Origin: a virus
Length of the DNA: 46,059 bases
UHGV virus genome: UHGV-0171654
Direction: 5' to 3' (one strand)
Positions 1 to 8,982 of the stretch are shown here, one piece after another (position 1 is the first letter of the stretch; each line of letters begins with the position of its first letter). Under the pieces are notes generated by a model. The model was not told the DNA's origin. It searched no databases and worked only from the letters and a program-made list of their open reading frames with translations. The position numbers and the translations under genes were made by a program.

Positions 1-2
1 AA

Positions 3-47
3 TGGTACGCCCTACAGGGTTCGAACCTGTGACCTACGGCTTAGAAG
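3..47 (-). other. 3' portion (~45 nt) of a tRNA-Arg(UCU)-like gene: attR-type duplication of the integration-site core
   Basis: Reverse complement reads CTTCTAAGCCGTAGGTCACAGGTTCGAACCCTGTAGGGCGTACCA: anticodon loop CUUCUAA (anticodon UCU), T-arm GGTTCGAACC, acceptor 3' half and CCA. Sequence beyond nt 48 does not continue as D-arm/5' half, so it is a partial tRNA. Confidence 0.6.
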
Positions 48-181
48 AAAGTAGAGCGTTAAATAACACACTGTAAACACATATGTTTTCCGCGTTCGCA
101 TCCGGTTTTGTGTCGTTACGTGTCGTTGTGTGACTTCCTTGTCCTTATCGCGCCATTCAGTTACGCCACATTTACGACACA

Positions 182-535
182 TCAAACAGGACTGGTATCC
201 TGTCTCAAATCGTTGATCGCATGTGTTGCGACTCCGAGCACTTCGACATCATCCAGAGCCTCACCTTCGATGCTCTCTCCCTCCACTGTGATGAACGACT
301 GTCCCATCAGCTTTGCAAATTGCAACTCACCCGCACAACGGATAAGTACAACGCTTCCCTGCGTCACTTTTAACGACAAGTCCAGAACAACATAGCCGCG
401 GTCAGTCTGGATAACCTGCGAGTTAGCGCCAATGTCACACGCAGCGGTTACCGTCAACGCAGACTCGATGTAATCAGCTGCCGGTGATGGAAATGGGCCC
501 ATTACATAACCCTCCCCATATTGCGGAGTATCCAC
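182..535 (-). CDS. hypothetical protein (117 aa), cargo gene between tail spike and att end
   Basis: ORF with protein-like composition; no motif recognised. Confidence 0.35.
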   Translation of the reverse strand: MDTPQYGEGYVMGPFPSPAADYIESALTVTAACDIGANSQVIQTDRGYVVLDLSLKVTQGSVVLIRCAGELQFAKLMGQSFITVEGESIEGEALDDVEVLGVATHAINDLRQDTSPV

Positions 536-762
536 AGCCGATTATCCGTATGCTCCGGCGTTTTGTCAGCGAAGCACGACTGATAGCGCTCTATCCAGCG
601 GTTAGCCTCGGAATAAGATAAGTGGATGCCACGGCCCACAAGGGAGGAGATGAAATCACCGGTGTAAATGTACTGGTAGCCCTTAGAATTGCGAAGGATA
701 GACTCCCGAAAAGCGTTGTTGATATCTGTTTGTCGAAGCATGATCAGCCCTTCCATAAACAC
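502..762 (-). CDS. hypothetical protein (86 aa; start may be internal), overlaps downstream ORF by 34 nt
   Basis: ORF downstream of tail spike on the same strand; no motif recognised. Confidence 0.35.
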   Translation of the reverse strand: MFMEGLIMLRQTDINNAFRESILRNSKGYQYIYTGDFISSLVGRGIHLSYSEANRWIERYQSCFADKTPEHTDNRLWILRNMGRVM

Positions 763-851
763 TGTTTATGCATACAGTAGTTTTGTTTGATGGGAAGATC
801 AAGAGAGGTTGCGGCTATCAATATCCATGACAGCCGCAATGTTTAACGAAC

Positions 852-3800
852 TTATGAGGGTAGTACAGCAGTCAGCAGGTGTGCCGGTTCTGCCGTGTAT
901 GGTTCGGTTGAGGTATCTGTACCTGTGTAACTCGGCCCGCGACTGAGCATAATCATGAGCTGGTTATGCTCCCGCGCGATAGACGTATTAACCACAAGCT
1001 CCTGCGCACCGGGGTTGTAGGTGCCTACCAGCCACTCAACCAGATTATCGGGATCGGTACAATCAACGGCTCGAATCTGATTTTCACGCCCCATCTGTGT
1101 TGTGTGATAGAGCATGAAAACGCGACCATAGCGGGACCGAGCCAGTACAGGACGGCTGGCAATCGGAACCAGGATATTCGTTGCGGTAATGACTGTAAAT
1201 TCATAGTCAGTGAGAATATCTGTGGCCCAACCCGAACCCGTCCAGCGGATACGCACAACCTGAGTGCGACCGTTTGCCTGATGCTGCCATATGACAGTCT
1301 GGAACCGGTTTTCGACGTCAGTGCAGGAGCCGCACTGGTTGACGTAGCCGGATGACTGCGCAATGTTTGCGATGCGCTCCGAGTTTGATTCAGTCATCGG
1401 CAGTGCAAAACTCGCAGACCCCGCTGCGCTGGTAAACGTCTGACCTTTATCCGCCGAGACCCCGTAGAACATCCCGTAGTTTGTGTCAGCATTCCCCGCG
1501 CTCTGACGATAGCCCCAGCAGAGATGCAATCTGTCGTTATCATCCACGACAATGCGCTGTTCATACGGGTTCGAGTCCGTTGCATCAATGATTTTTGTTT
1601 CATTGATAAACGTTTTCGTCGCATCGTCAAACGTTGACATGTAGTAAGCGCCATCGCCGGAACGACCTACACGATAAAACGCACAAACGGTGCCGTCAGA
1701 GAACGTGACGAATCGCGGATACGTGATAAGGTCAAATGCAGTAAAAGAAATCGCTTCCCATGCCGATATGTCGTGCGGGTTTGTGGTGATAGCCGCCCGG
1801 CATGGGTGCGCGTGCATATTGCCCGCAACAATTACGTATCCCTCTTTCGTCACGACTAGCGAAAACAGGTTGTGTCCGTCGGGTTCGTTCGGAGAGTGGA
1901 ACGGATTACCTGCAATCGTGCTGAGGTCAAATTTTTGCCACGCACCACCATAAATACTGCGCTGCAAAATCATCGGGTTTCGCCCCAGAGAGACACCCAC
2001 CACGTACACATAATCACCCGCAATAACAACGTTGTCCTGACTGACCGGGTTGAAATTGTAGTCGGCGTAGTTGTCCAGCTCGAACGGCAGGCGCTCAATT
2101 GTCGCCTGCATGCGGTTTTCCGGGACTGAACTCAGGGCGTTAACCCGACGAGCTAACACTGACTCCGGTTTAATTTTTTCTACTTTGTGGTCGTAGTATT
2201 GTGCCGCCGTCATTCGCACGCGAACATACACATATCCGTCCTGGGTTGCCGTGCCCTCAACAGAGGCGTCCACCAGTCGTCCTGCGTTAGTGAACGTTAC
2301 GAGAACACCGACGAAATTTTTGGACGCGTCACACTGAATTATCGGCGCATACGTTCCTGTTGTTGATAACGCCCCCAGCCAGCCACGCAGCCGGATAACA
2401 TCCCCGACCGAGACAGGGATGTAATAAGCCCACCATCTGCTGGCAGTAGTAATCGACCCATCGCTGTTCATCACCTGACCCTTCGTGAGAACCGCTTCAT
2501 CGCAGGTATAGTCCGCGATAACCCGACTATCCAGCCCCTGGGTTGCATCCAGTTCGTCTACGGATTCGCGGTATTCATCGCCGGGTGCGAACGTGGACAG
2601 TTTTTTAGAGAGGACAAACGGGCTGGTGCCGAGACGATGACGAATGGCAATATAACCGTCTTGCGTGGCCGTGGCCTCCAGTTCACGAACCACTATCGCT
2701 CTAGTAGAGGCCCAGTATGTGAGGACGGAAACGAAGTTTTTATTTTCGTCAACCTGGAACATCCATTCGGCATTTCCTGTGGAATTGACGCCGACAGGGC
2801 CGCGATATTTCACGCTATCGCCAGGTTTGGCGGGAACGTATAACGTAATAAACGACTCGGTTGCCGTCTTCGTCCCGTCTGCATTCAGAGCATAGAAAAT
2901 CCCAAATTCATTATCCTGGGATTTTGAGATATCAAAATATCCGAGGTTTTTTTCAATCATCCCCACCCGGTCAGAACTGGCAGCACCGCCGGACTGGTCT
3001 GCTGTTTCCTCCGTGAATGTCCGCGCCTTGCGTAACACGATGGAAAAATCCAGAATCCCTGACGCGTCGGATTTTCGCACGCGCACAGCGATAAAACCGT
3101 CCTGCGCAGCGATCGCCGTCATCGAACCGTCTTCGGTAACCCCTTTTGATACGTAATATTTCAACACAGAGACAACGTTTTTATCAGCATCGCACTGTAT
3201 CATCTGTGGGATTTGTTCATTGTACGGTGCGCTGCCCAGCTTCCCGGTGAAATCAACCGCCTGATGCTTCTTAACCGGGATGTAATACATTGAAAAAGCG
3301 GCCGCAGGAGTCGTTGTGCCATCGGCATTTAACACAATACCGTTAACTTCAGTGGCCAGTGGTACAGCATCAACGCCCTCATAGCCAAATAAAACAGAAT
3401 CAGTAGCGTAACCGGCAACCCCGCCAGCGACATCAATATCAGACTCAACCAGAATCGTTTTTTTACGCTGCGTCAGAGTGAATTCGGCCGTGTCTCGCAC
3501 TCTGACGTATATATAACCGTCCTGAGTAGCCGTCGCCGATAATGTGGATTTGTCGGTTGGACTCCCCGTTGAGGTCCAGTAGGCAAGCGGCGCGACGAAC
3601 GATTTGTTGTTGTCGAGCTGGATGAGATACGCCATCTCCTCACCCACCGTATTAGATCCCACCGTGCCGCTGTAAGTGAATGTCTCCCCCTCGCGCGCCT
3701 TGAGATAGTAAGCATCCCATGATGCATTTGACTGCGTAGAGCCGTCAGCATTAATAACCAACCCGGCCGTAATATCAGCAGCGCCTTTTGCGTCCACTGT

Positions 3801-4439
3801 CACGTAGCCGGTTGTCAGCGCAGTCATTGATGGCATCGCCCGCCCGGTAGCCGCCAGCGTGCCACCGTTATTGATGTACTCGTTAGCCAGAGTGCTGTCA
3901 GCAGAATCCCTTACCCAGCAATACCCACCGCTTAAAATATTTCCTGCGGTGACATCACTTTGCGCCGCGCTTAATGTTGCATACTCCCTTATGCTGTTAC
4001 TGATTGAACCTTGCCCGGGATACTCAGCAACCTCAGAAGCCACGCCGGCATTATTTTGGTAATATCGAAATGCCAGAACATTACCAACGCCCTGAGGAAC
4101 GCGGAAATATTGACCAGAAGTTGTCCCGGCAATACCGGCAGTGGTGTCGGCAAAGGTGAGCTTATTGTCGCCGAACTCTGCGGCGGTTGATGCGGAAGCC
4201 ACAGCCTCATCTCTTGCAACTCCCGCCTCTGTTGCATATTGCAGTGAGTTTTCTTCTGATGTAGCCGCGCTTTGCTTGGATAAAAGAGCTGAGCCAGCTG
4301 CATCCTGGGCTTGCTGGGCGGCAGCACTAGTATCCTGATATCCTTGCTCGGCTTCCAGCATGTATTGTTTGGCTTCTGCGGCGCTAACGGCGGCATCTGC
4401 TGCTAATTGAGCAGTTTTTTGCGTTTCGGTGGTTGTCAT
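852..4439 (-). CDS. tail spike/tail fiber protein (1195 aa): N-terminal fiber anchor, four tandem ~145-aa repeat modules, C-terminal Asp-box (BNR)-containing putative glycosidase/depolymerase domain
   Basis: Last gene of tail module. Internal repeats each ending in ATQDGY[IV]x[VI]R[VH]R (aa ~304, 445, 591, 731), with NADG and QCDAxKN motifs. C-terminal region contains S-A-D-K-G-Q-T-F, a canonical SxDxGxTW/F Asp-box. Confidence 0.8.
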   Translation of the reverse strand: MTTTETQKTAQLAADAAVSAAEAKQYMLEAEQGYQDTSAAAQQAQDAAGSALLSKQSAATSEENSLQYATEAGVARDEAVASASTAAEFGDNKLTFADTTAGIAGTTSGQYFRVPQGVGNVLAFRYYQNNAGVASEVAEYPGQGSISNSIREYATLSAAQSDVTAGNILSGGYCWVRDSADSTLANEYINNGGTLAATGRAMPSMTALTTGYVTVDAKGAADITAGLVINADGSTQSNASWDAYYLKAREGETFTYSGTVGSNTVGEEMAYLIQLDNNKSFVAPLAYWTSTGSPTDKSTLSATATQDGYIYVRVRDTAEFTLTQRKKTILVESDIDVAGGVAGYATDSVLFGYEGVDAVPLATEVNGIVLNADGTTTPAAAFSMYYIPVKKHQAVDFTGKLGSAPYNEQIPQMIQCDADKNVVSVLKYYVSKGVTEDGSMTAIAAQDGFIAVRVRKSDASGILDFSIVLRKARTFTEETADQSGGAASSDRVGMIEKNLGYFDISKSQDNEFGIFYALNADGTKTATESFITLYVPAKPGDSVKYRGPVGVNSTGNAEWMFQVDENKNFVSVLTYWASTRAIVVRELEATATQDGYIAIRHRLGTSPFVLSKKLSTFAPGDEYRESVDELDATQGLDSRVIADYTCDEAVLTKGQVMNSDGSITTASRWWAYYIPVSVGDVIRLRGWLGALSTTGTYAPIIQCDASKNFVGVLVTFTNAGRLVDASVEGTATQDGYVYVRVRMTAAQYYDHKVEKIKPESVLARRVNALSSVPENRMQATIERLPFELDNYADYNFNPVSQDNVVIAGDYVYVVGVSLGRNPMILQRSIYGGAWQKFDLSTIAGNPFHSPNEPDGHNLFSLVVTKEGYVIVAGNMHAHPCRAAITTNPHDISAWEAISFTAFDLITYPRFVTFSDGTVCAFYRVGRSGDGAYYMSTFDDATKTFINETKIIDATDSNPYEQRIVVDDNDRLHLCWGYRQSAGNADTNYGMFYGVSADKGQTFTSAAGSASFALPMTESNSERIANIAQSSGYVNQCGSCTDVENRFQTVIWQHQANGRTQVVRIRWTGSGWATDILTDYEFTVITATNILVPIASRPVLARSRYGRVFMLYHTTQMGRENQIRAVDCTDPDNLVEWLVGTYNPGAQELVVNTSIAREHNQLMIMLSRGPSYTGTDTSTEPYTAEPAHLLTAVLPS
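2205..3872 (-). repeat. Four tandem in-frame ~430-nt repeat modules inside the tail spike gene (protein-level tandem domain array)
   Basis: Recurring NADG...YY[IL]P...QCDA.KN.V.VL...ATQDGY..VRVR blocks at aa ~220-320, 360-460, 510-605, 650-745 of the encoded protein. Confidence 0.7.
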
Positions 4440-4448
4440 TTTTTATTC

Positions 4449-5492
4449 TCATGAATATTCATAAATTATCACGATGCCTTCTTTCCCCCGGGCGCCATTC
4501 ACTGCCGGAGAGGATGGTCCTTGTGAAGAACCAGATGCGCCTGAACCATATGCCTGCCCATCAATAGCCGGATCTCCAAATGATGGCACCCATCCCCCGC
4601 CTCCAAAAACGCTACTTGCCCCAGGTGATCCGAGGAATGACTGGGTTGCGTTAGCGTATGCAGGTGTAGAAGGTGCCCCTGGAGAGCCTATGATGTTGGC
4701 ACCAGACGGTGCGTTTGATGCGACATTACCCTGAGGAAGAAAAGGTGGATTTGCTGGTCCGGCAGATGGACCTCTTGTTCCGCCAGGTGCAACCATCAGC
4801 GATCCAAATGAGCTTGAACTACCAACAGAGCCAACTGGAGATGCTGCGGTCCCTCCCTGCCCGCCAGCGCCAACAACGATGCTAATGCTGGTGAAATTTA
4901 TTGAAAATCTACCCTTAGCATATGACCCGGCTCCACCACCTGAAACTATTGACACCTGCCCCGCTCCAGTGGCTGGGGCGGCGTCGCTCCCACCACCACC
5001 GCCAACCATTTCTACAACAACCGACTTTGTGCCCGGGGTCGGCGTATAGGTGCCGGATGATAAAAACGGCTGCACGTTCAGGAGTCGCCCGGATGAAAAG
5101 TTAATCCACCCAATACCGCCAGCATCAGGATTTGTCGTGTTATTTTCGATAGTGCTTTGCCAGAATCCATCCCTGGCTGAATTGATAAGAATTGCGCCTT
5201 TTGGGTATCCACCGATAGCTGCCGAAAATGCAGAGTCGAATGTATAGAAACCTCCGGCTTGCTCCCATTGAAGGCGGGTATAGGCATCATTAAAAATCCC
5301 ATTAAAATCCTGCCCCTTTGGCGGCTTACCGCCAGCAGATAGAGCGATGCGGGTCAGCGGAGGAAATCCTGAGTCCATCGCCGCAAGGCCATCAGCCAAC
5401 GTTTCAGAGGTGGAATTGACCGGGATCGTGTTTTTGTCGCCACTCGCAGAAAAAACAACCGTCAGACGTGACGGCATGGCTGAATTGTTCAA
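4449..5492 (-). CDS. tail fiber protein with glycine-rich (collagen-like/GGxGG) central region
   Basis: 347 aa; runs of GGGGGS, GGGAGS, GAGGQGG; positioned between baseplate genes and tail spike. Confidence 0.65.
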   Translation of the reverse strand: MNNSAMPSRLTVVFSASGDKNTIPVNSTSETLADGLAAMDSGFPPLTRIALSAGGKPPKGQDFNGIFNDAYTRLQWEQAGGFYTFDSAFSAAIGGYPKGAILINSARDGFWQSTIENNTTNPDAGGIGWINFSSGRLLNVQPFLSSGTYTPTPGTKSVVVEMVGGGGGSDAAPATGAGQVSIVSGGGAGSYAKGRFSINFTSISIVVGAGGQGGTAASPVGSVGSSSSFGSLMVAPGGTRGPSAGPANPPFLPQGNVASNAPSGANIIGSPGAPSTPAYANATQSFLGSPGASSVFGGGGWVPSFGDPAIDGQAYGSGASGSSQGPSSPAVNGARGKEGIVIIYEYS

Positions 5493-5493
5493 T

Positions 5494-6081
5494 TCAGACC
5501 TCCTGAACGATGTTTACTTTTACCCCTGGCGGGGAAGGAAGCGCGCCGGAGCTTTGCACTATGGCCAGCTCAGATTCGGAAAGTTGAAACTCGAATACGT
5601 AACTCATGACATGGTTGCCATCATCACGCACATAAGCTCGCCCGCTGGAGCCGAACATGTACATCAGCATGCGATTCATGACCGGCACAGTGCAGTCGCT
5701 GATGTTAGCCATCGCTTTGCACATGATCAGCTTGCGGTATGCGTCATTGGTCAGGACGACAGTGTTTGTGTCCTGTGCGCCGGTATAGAAAGGTGCCTGG
5801 TTAAAGGGTTGCGGATCGGTGAGTTCTGCCGGAGTGCTGGTCGCTTCGCCAAAGCCCAGAAACTGCTGGGATGGCGTCACGGTCAGCAAACGCCCTACAT
5901 CAACGATTTTACCCCAGCACATCAGACCGTAATCGCCACATGTCTCGATGTTGAATACGAGGTCATAGAACGTGTCTATCCAGTCCTCTGGCGCTACTGA
6001 AGCGTTAAAGGTATCAATCAGTGAGCGTAGGCTTGTTGAGTTCACGTACTGCGCGTAGATCGTCCAGTCGACATTATTCAC
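5494..6081 (-). CDS. phage tail/baseplate protein (gpI-like position; uncharacterised family)
   Basis: 195 aa ORF immediately downstream of baseplate J-like gene, 8-nt overlap. Confidence 0.5.
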   Translation of the reverse strand: MNNVDWTIYAQYVNSTSLRSLIDTFNASVAPEDWIDTFYDLVFNIETCGDYGLMCWGKIVDVGRLLTVTPSQQFLGFGEATSTPAELTDPQPFNQAPFYTGAQDTNTVVLTNDAYRKLIMCKAMANISDCTVPVMNRMLMYMFGSSGRAYVRDDGNHVMSYVFEFQLSESELAIVQSSGALPSPPGVKVNIVQEV

Positions 6082-7306
6082 TTACCGCCTCCGTTATGAT
6101 GTTTGTCGCATCGAGAGTCGGTTCCTGATCAATGCCCATGGTCAGCGCACTAGACCAGGTTGTTCCATCCAGGGATATCTGGACCGAAAGAACGTTCATG
6201 TTCTGCGCATCGAGCGCCTGGATAGGGCCGATATACCGGCTGCCATAAATTCGCGCGCCGGCACGCGCCCGGGTGCCACCATCTGCGCCGGTGAAGGAAT
6301 TCAGGACGACCGCTCTGATCTGCGCGTTGATATCTGACGGAAGGCCATCATTCTCTTCGTATTCCACCTTGATATGAACGCTCACCGCATCCAGCGTTTT
6401 CCACCTGTAGGTGTACTCCGGATAAGGGGCGTCATAATTTTCGGTATCCTGCACGGTCCCAGTGGTGTCACCGTTCATAACGGTGCCCGGGGGAAGTTTT
6501 TTATTGATGGCCGCTGCAATGTCAGCCACTGCTCCGCCATAAACCCCGATATAAATCGAGCTGGCCAGCAGCGTGTAATTCGTGGAACCTTTCTCGACGG
6601 AAGTCGGCTCTTTGTTGTCGATCACATAAACATCAAGCACCCCGTCGACTTCCAGGACAGCAGCCCGCACAGCAGCTGCCGTGTTGAAGGCGTTACGCGC
6701 TACCGACTGACGGCGCCGATACTCAAAGGCAGATCGCCCTTCCACATTTGATCCCGGAACGCCTGCGGTCTCGTTGGTAATGCTCGACCAGCCACTTACC
6801 GCAACATAGATGTTTGTCAGCGTCCCGATTGGGCAGGCTATCGGCCCGGTAGTCAGGTTCTGGAACTCGATTTTTACCGTCCCGTCTGCGCCTATCGTTC
6901 CGGCCGCCAAAGACACGTACATATAGCCGTTATCGTCGGTTGCATAGGACTGTGCGGGAATTACCGTTCCCGGCACGCCGGAGCATGTGGCCGTTACAAC
7001 CGTGCCCGCCGCAGCAATGCGGTCGAGGAAGTAAATCCTGCCGATGCCATCCTGAAATCTGCCGGAAGAAAAGTCCGGGTTCATGTTGTTGACGATAGCC
7101 AGAAGCTGATCGTTTTTGTCAGCGATGATTGCAGTATCAGTGACAGCCAGTTGCCCCTGCGGCGTCTTGAGGTTCATGCTCATCGCCGTCCCGAATGCAG
7201 AACCAATATCTGCTATACGCCCGGCAAGAATGTCTCCCTCATCTGGAACATCAAGGCCAGTGGTGGAAAAGGTCACGGCCGGTACCGCCGTAGAGATTGT
7301 CGTCAT
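6074..7306 (-). CDS. baseplate J-like protein
   Basis: ~410 aa; start chosen at MTTISTAV preceded by GAGGAAAAAATG RBS; conserved position after gpW-like gene; composition typical of Baseplate_J family. Confidence 0.7.
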   Translation of the reverse strand: MTTISTAVPAVTFSTTGLDVPDEGDILAGRIADIGSAFGTAMSMNLKTPQGQLAVTDTAIIADKNDQLLAIVNNMNPDFSSGRFQDGIGRIYFLDRIAAAGTVVTATCSGVPGTVIPAQSYATDDNGYMYVSLAAGTIGADGTVKIEFQNLTTGPIACPIGTLTNIYVAVSGWSSITNETAGVPGSNVEGRSAFEYRRRQSVARNAFNTAAAVRAAVLEVDGVLDVYVIDNKEPTSVEKGSTNYTLLASSIYIGVYGGAVADIAAAINKKLPPGTVMNGDTTGTVQDTENYDAPYPEYTYRWKTLDAVSVHIKVEYEENDGLPSDINAQIRAVVLNSFTGADGGTRARAGARIYGSRYIGPIQALDAQNMNVLSVQISLDGTTWSSALTMGIDQEPTLDATNIITEAVSE

Positions 7307-7313
7307 TTTTTCC

Positions 7314-7670
7314 TCACAGGGTGACGCTGGAATCCAGGCCGTTGGTATCCACGATCGCAATAACGCCGGTAGTGCGGCGCGTATCTCGGTTGTTAATCAG
7401 CGTCGGCTCAGCGCGCGCGATATAGCTCATTCGCAACGCTTCAACCTGAAGCGCGGCCGCCATGGCGCCAGTGCTAGCCTTAACGTTCAGCAGCTCTTTG
7501 TAATTAACGCCGGTGTCTTTTTCGTAAATGCATTCGCCGCGTATAGCCAGGCATGCCGTCGCTACGTCCTGAGCGCAGGCGTAGGGGTTTTCTACCGTGG
7601 CGATATTACCCAGCTCATCAAGGACAAGGTCCCAGGTTTCGGGATCGAGTTTGAGAGAGATTGTTTTCAT
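7314..7670 (-). CDS. baseplate wedge protein (gpW/gp25-like), 118 aa
   Basis: Small ORF starting MKTISLKLDPETWDLVLDELGNIATVENP..., between spike (gpV-like) and J-like genes; start follows a terminator T-tract. Confidence 0.5.
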   Translation of the reverse strand: MKTISLKLDPETWDLVLDELGNIATVENPYACAQDVATACLAIRGECIYEKDTGVNYKELLNVKASTGAMAAALQVEALRMSYIARAEPTLINNRDTRRTTGVIAIVDTNGLDSSVTL

Positions 7671-7683
7671 GGATTTCGCCCAT

Positions 7684-7708
7684 AAAAAAACCCCGCCGAA
7701 GCGAGGTT
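7684..7708 (-). terminator. rho-independent terminator after the lipoprotein moron
   Basis: Minus strand CCTCGCTTCGGCGGGG hairpin (TTCG tetraloop) followed by TTTTTTT. Confidence 0.7.
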
Positions 7709-7735
7709 TGAAAAACATAAGGTTAAGTGGTTGTG

Positions 7736-8392
7736 TTAATACATTGATTTGATCTGCGTGGTGCCGTCCGCAATACCGTACTTGCTCATTTTCCAGCAAG
7801 CCTCAGCAACCTGGATTATCTGGTATCGCATTTCAGGGCCAATTCCTTCTGTTAGGCTGATATTCTGTTTCATCAATTCCAAAGAAACGCCAGATCTCTC
7901 AGCCTCGCCTGCCGCCCGGCACATACGCCTTACCCCAGCGTCAGAATCAGCCTGCTGGTATGGATATCGGGCCATTAGAGAATAGTAGACATTATTTAAA
8001 GTGTAAGATGCGGAATCGATCTCACGCTTGGCCATGCACTCTTTACTAGCCTGACACTCAGCTTCTTTTTGCTTGGCTAATTCTTCATTTTCTTTTTTCT
8101 GCTGCTCTATCTGCCGCTGATACATCAAGTCGTGAAATAGGTCATTGTACCTATTGAAATAGCATTTATTATCTTTCCTACAATCGCTTGTATCTTGATC
8201 AGGAAGATTTTTACCAGTCACATTTCTATAAATTTCTCGCAAATCAGAAACGGACTGCAGGCCTCCAGAGTTCGTGGAAAATTTTGCCTTATCGAAGTTA
8301 TTTGATTTTTGATAATTAATATATTCCGCTGGCGACATTGCACATCCCGCCAAAGAAAACGAAATCATGAGAAGAAAAGACTTTTTTATCAT
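7736..8392 (-). CDS. putative lipoprotein (218 aa), low-GC moron inserted between baseplate genes
   Basis: Signal peptide plus lipobox (LMISFSLAGC); markedly AT-rich relative to flanks; own terminator downstream. Confidence 0.7.
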   Translation of the reverse strand: MIKKSFLLMISFSLAGCAMSPAEYINYQKSNNFDKAKFSTNSGGLQSVSDLREIYRNVTGKNLPDQDTSDCRKDNKCYFNRYNDLFHDLMYQRQIEQQKKENEELAKQKEAECQASKECMAKREIDSASYTLNNVYYSLMARYPYQQADSDAGVRRMCRAAGEAERSGVSLELMKQNISLTEGIGPEMRYQIIQVAEACWKMSKYGIADGTTQIKSMY

Positions 8393-8394
8393 TG

Positions 8395-8982
8395 TTACGG
8401 CTCCAGAGGATTTGTGCGGCTTCCTCCAGATTCTACCCCGCCGTGGTCGTGCCCATCAACGATTGAACCATCAACCAACTGCAATTTCCCGTTCGCGAGT
8501 ATCTTCAGGCCATTGATGTTAACCACGCCGGGGCTTTTGATGTTTATGCCGCTGCCGGTAAACTCTGCGTACTCAGTAGGATCGCCGTTCAGGCTAGCGA
8601 TAGCCGTGATGTAAACGGCATCTGAATACGAGTGCCTGCGCTGAGTTGGTGGCGGACCGCTTTGCCTTGATGCTCTGACATTGGTTGTGTCTTTGTCACA
8701 GGCGATTACCAGACCAATATCACCGATGCGGGGAGTCATTTTTACAGCGCTATTACCTGCCTGATACCGAATGAATGGAATGTCATATACCTCCTGACAT
8801 TTAATCTCCCCACCGGATACGTTCGCCCCGCTCACAAGAGGGAGCACAGTCATAACGCCATCACCAACATCTTTAACCAGAACAATATCAGCAAAAACAT
8901 TGCCCTTTGATGCCGAGGCTATAAGCGACAAGATCGCATTCCCCTGACAGGAGATGTCAGAAGCTTTTTGGTTAGTTGCCAT
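8395..8982 (-). CDS. baseplate central spike protein (gpV-like)
   Basis: Start at MATNQKAS (GGGGATAGCAATG); C-terminal ...LKILANGKLQLVDGSIVDGHDHGG typical of gpV spike tips. Confidence 0.6.
   Translation of the reverse strand: MATNQKASDISCQGNAILSLIASASKGNVFADIVLVKDVGDGVMTVLPLVSGANVSGGEIKCQEVYDIPFIRYQAGNSAVKMTPRIGDIGLVIACDKDTTNVRASRQSGPPPTQRRHSYSDAVYITAIASLNGDPTEYAEFTGSGINIKSPGVVNINGLKILANGKLQLVDGSIVDGHDHGGVESGGSRTNPLEP

Noticed and set aside
966-4396. Multiple 60-135-aa ORFs on both strands inside the tail spike gene (e.g. 966-1355, 1025-1363, 1394-1654, 3473-3751, 3989-4396)
   Set aside because: Fully embedded in or antisense to a 1195-aa gene with strong repeat/domain structure; Arg/Ser-rich composition typical of shadow ORFs in GC-rich DNA
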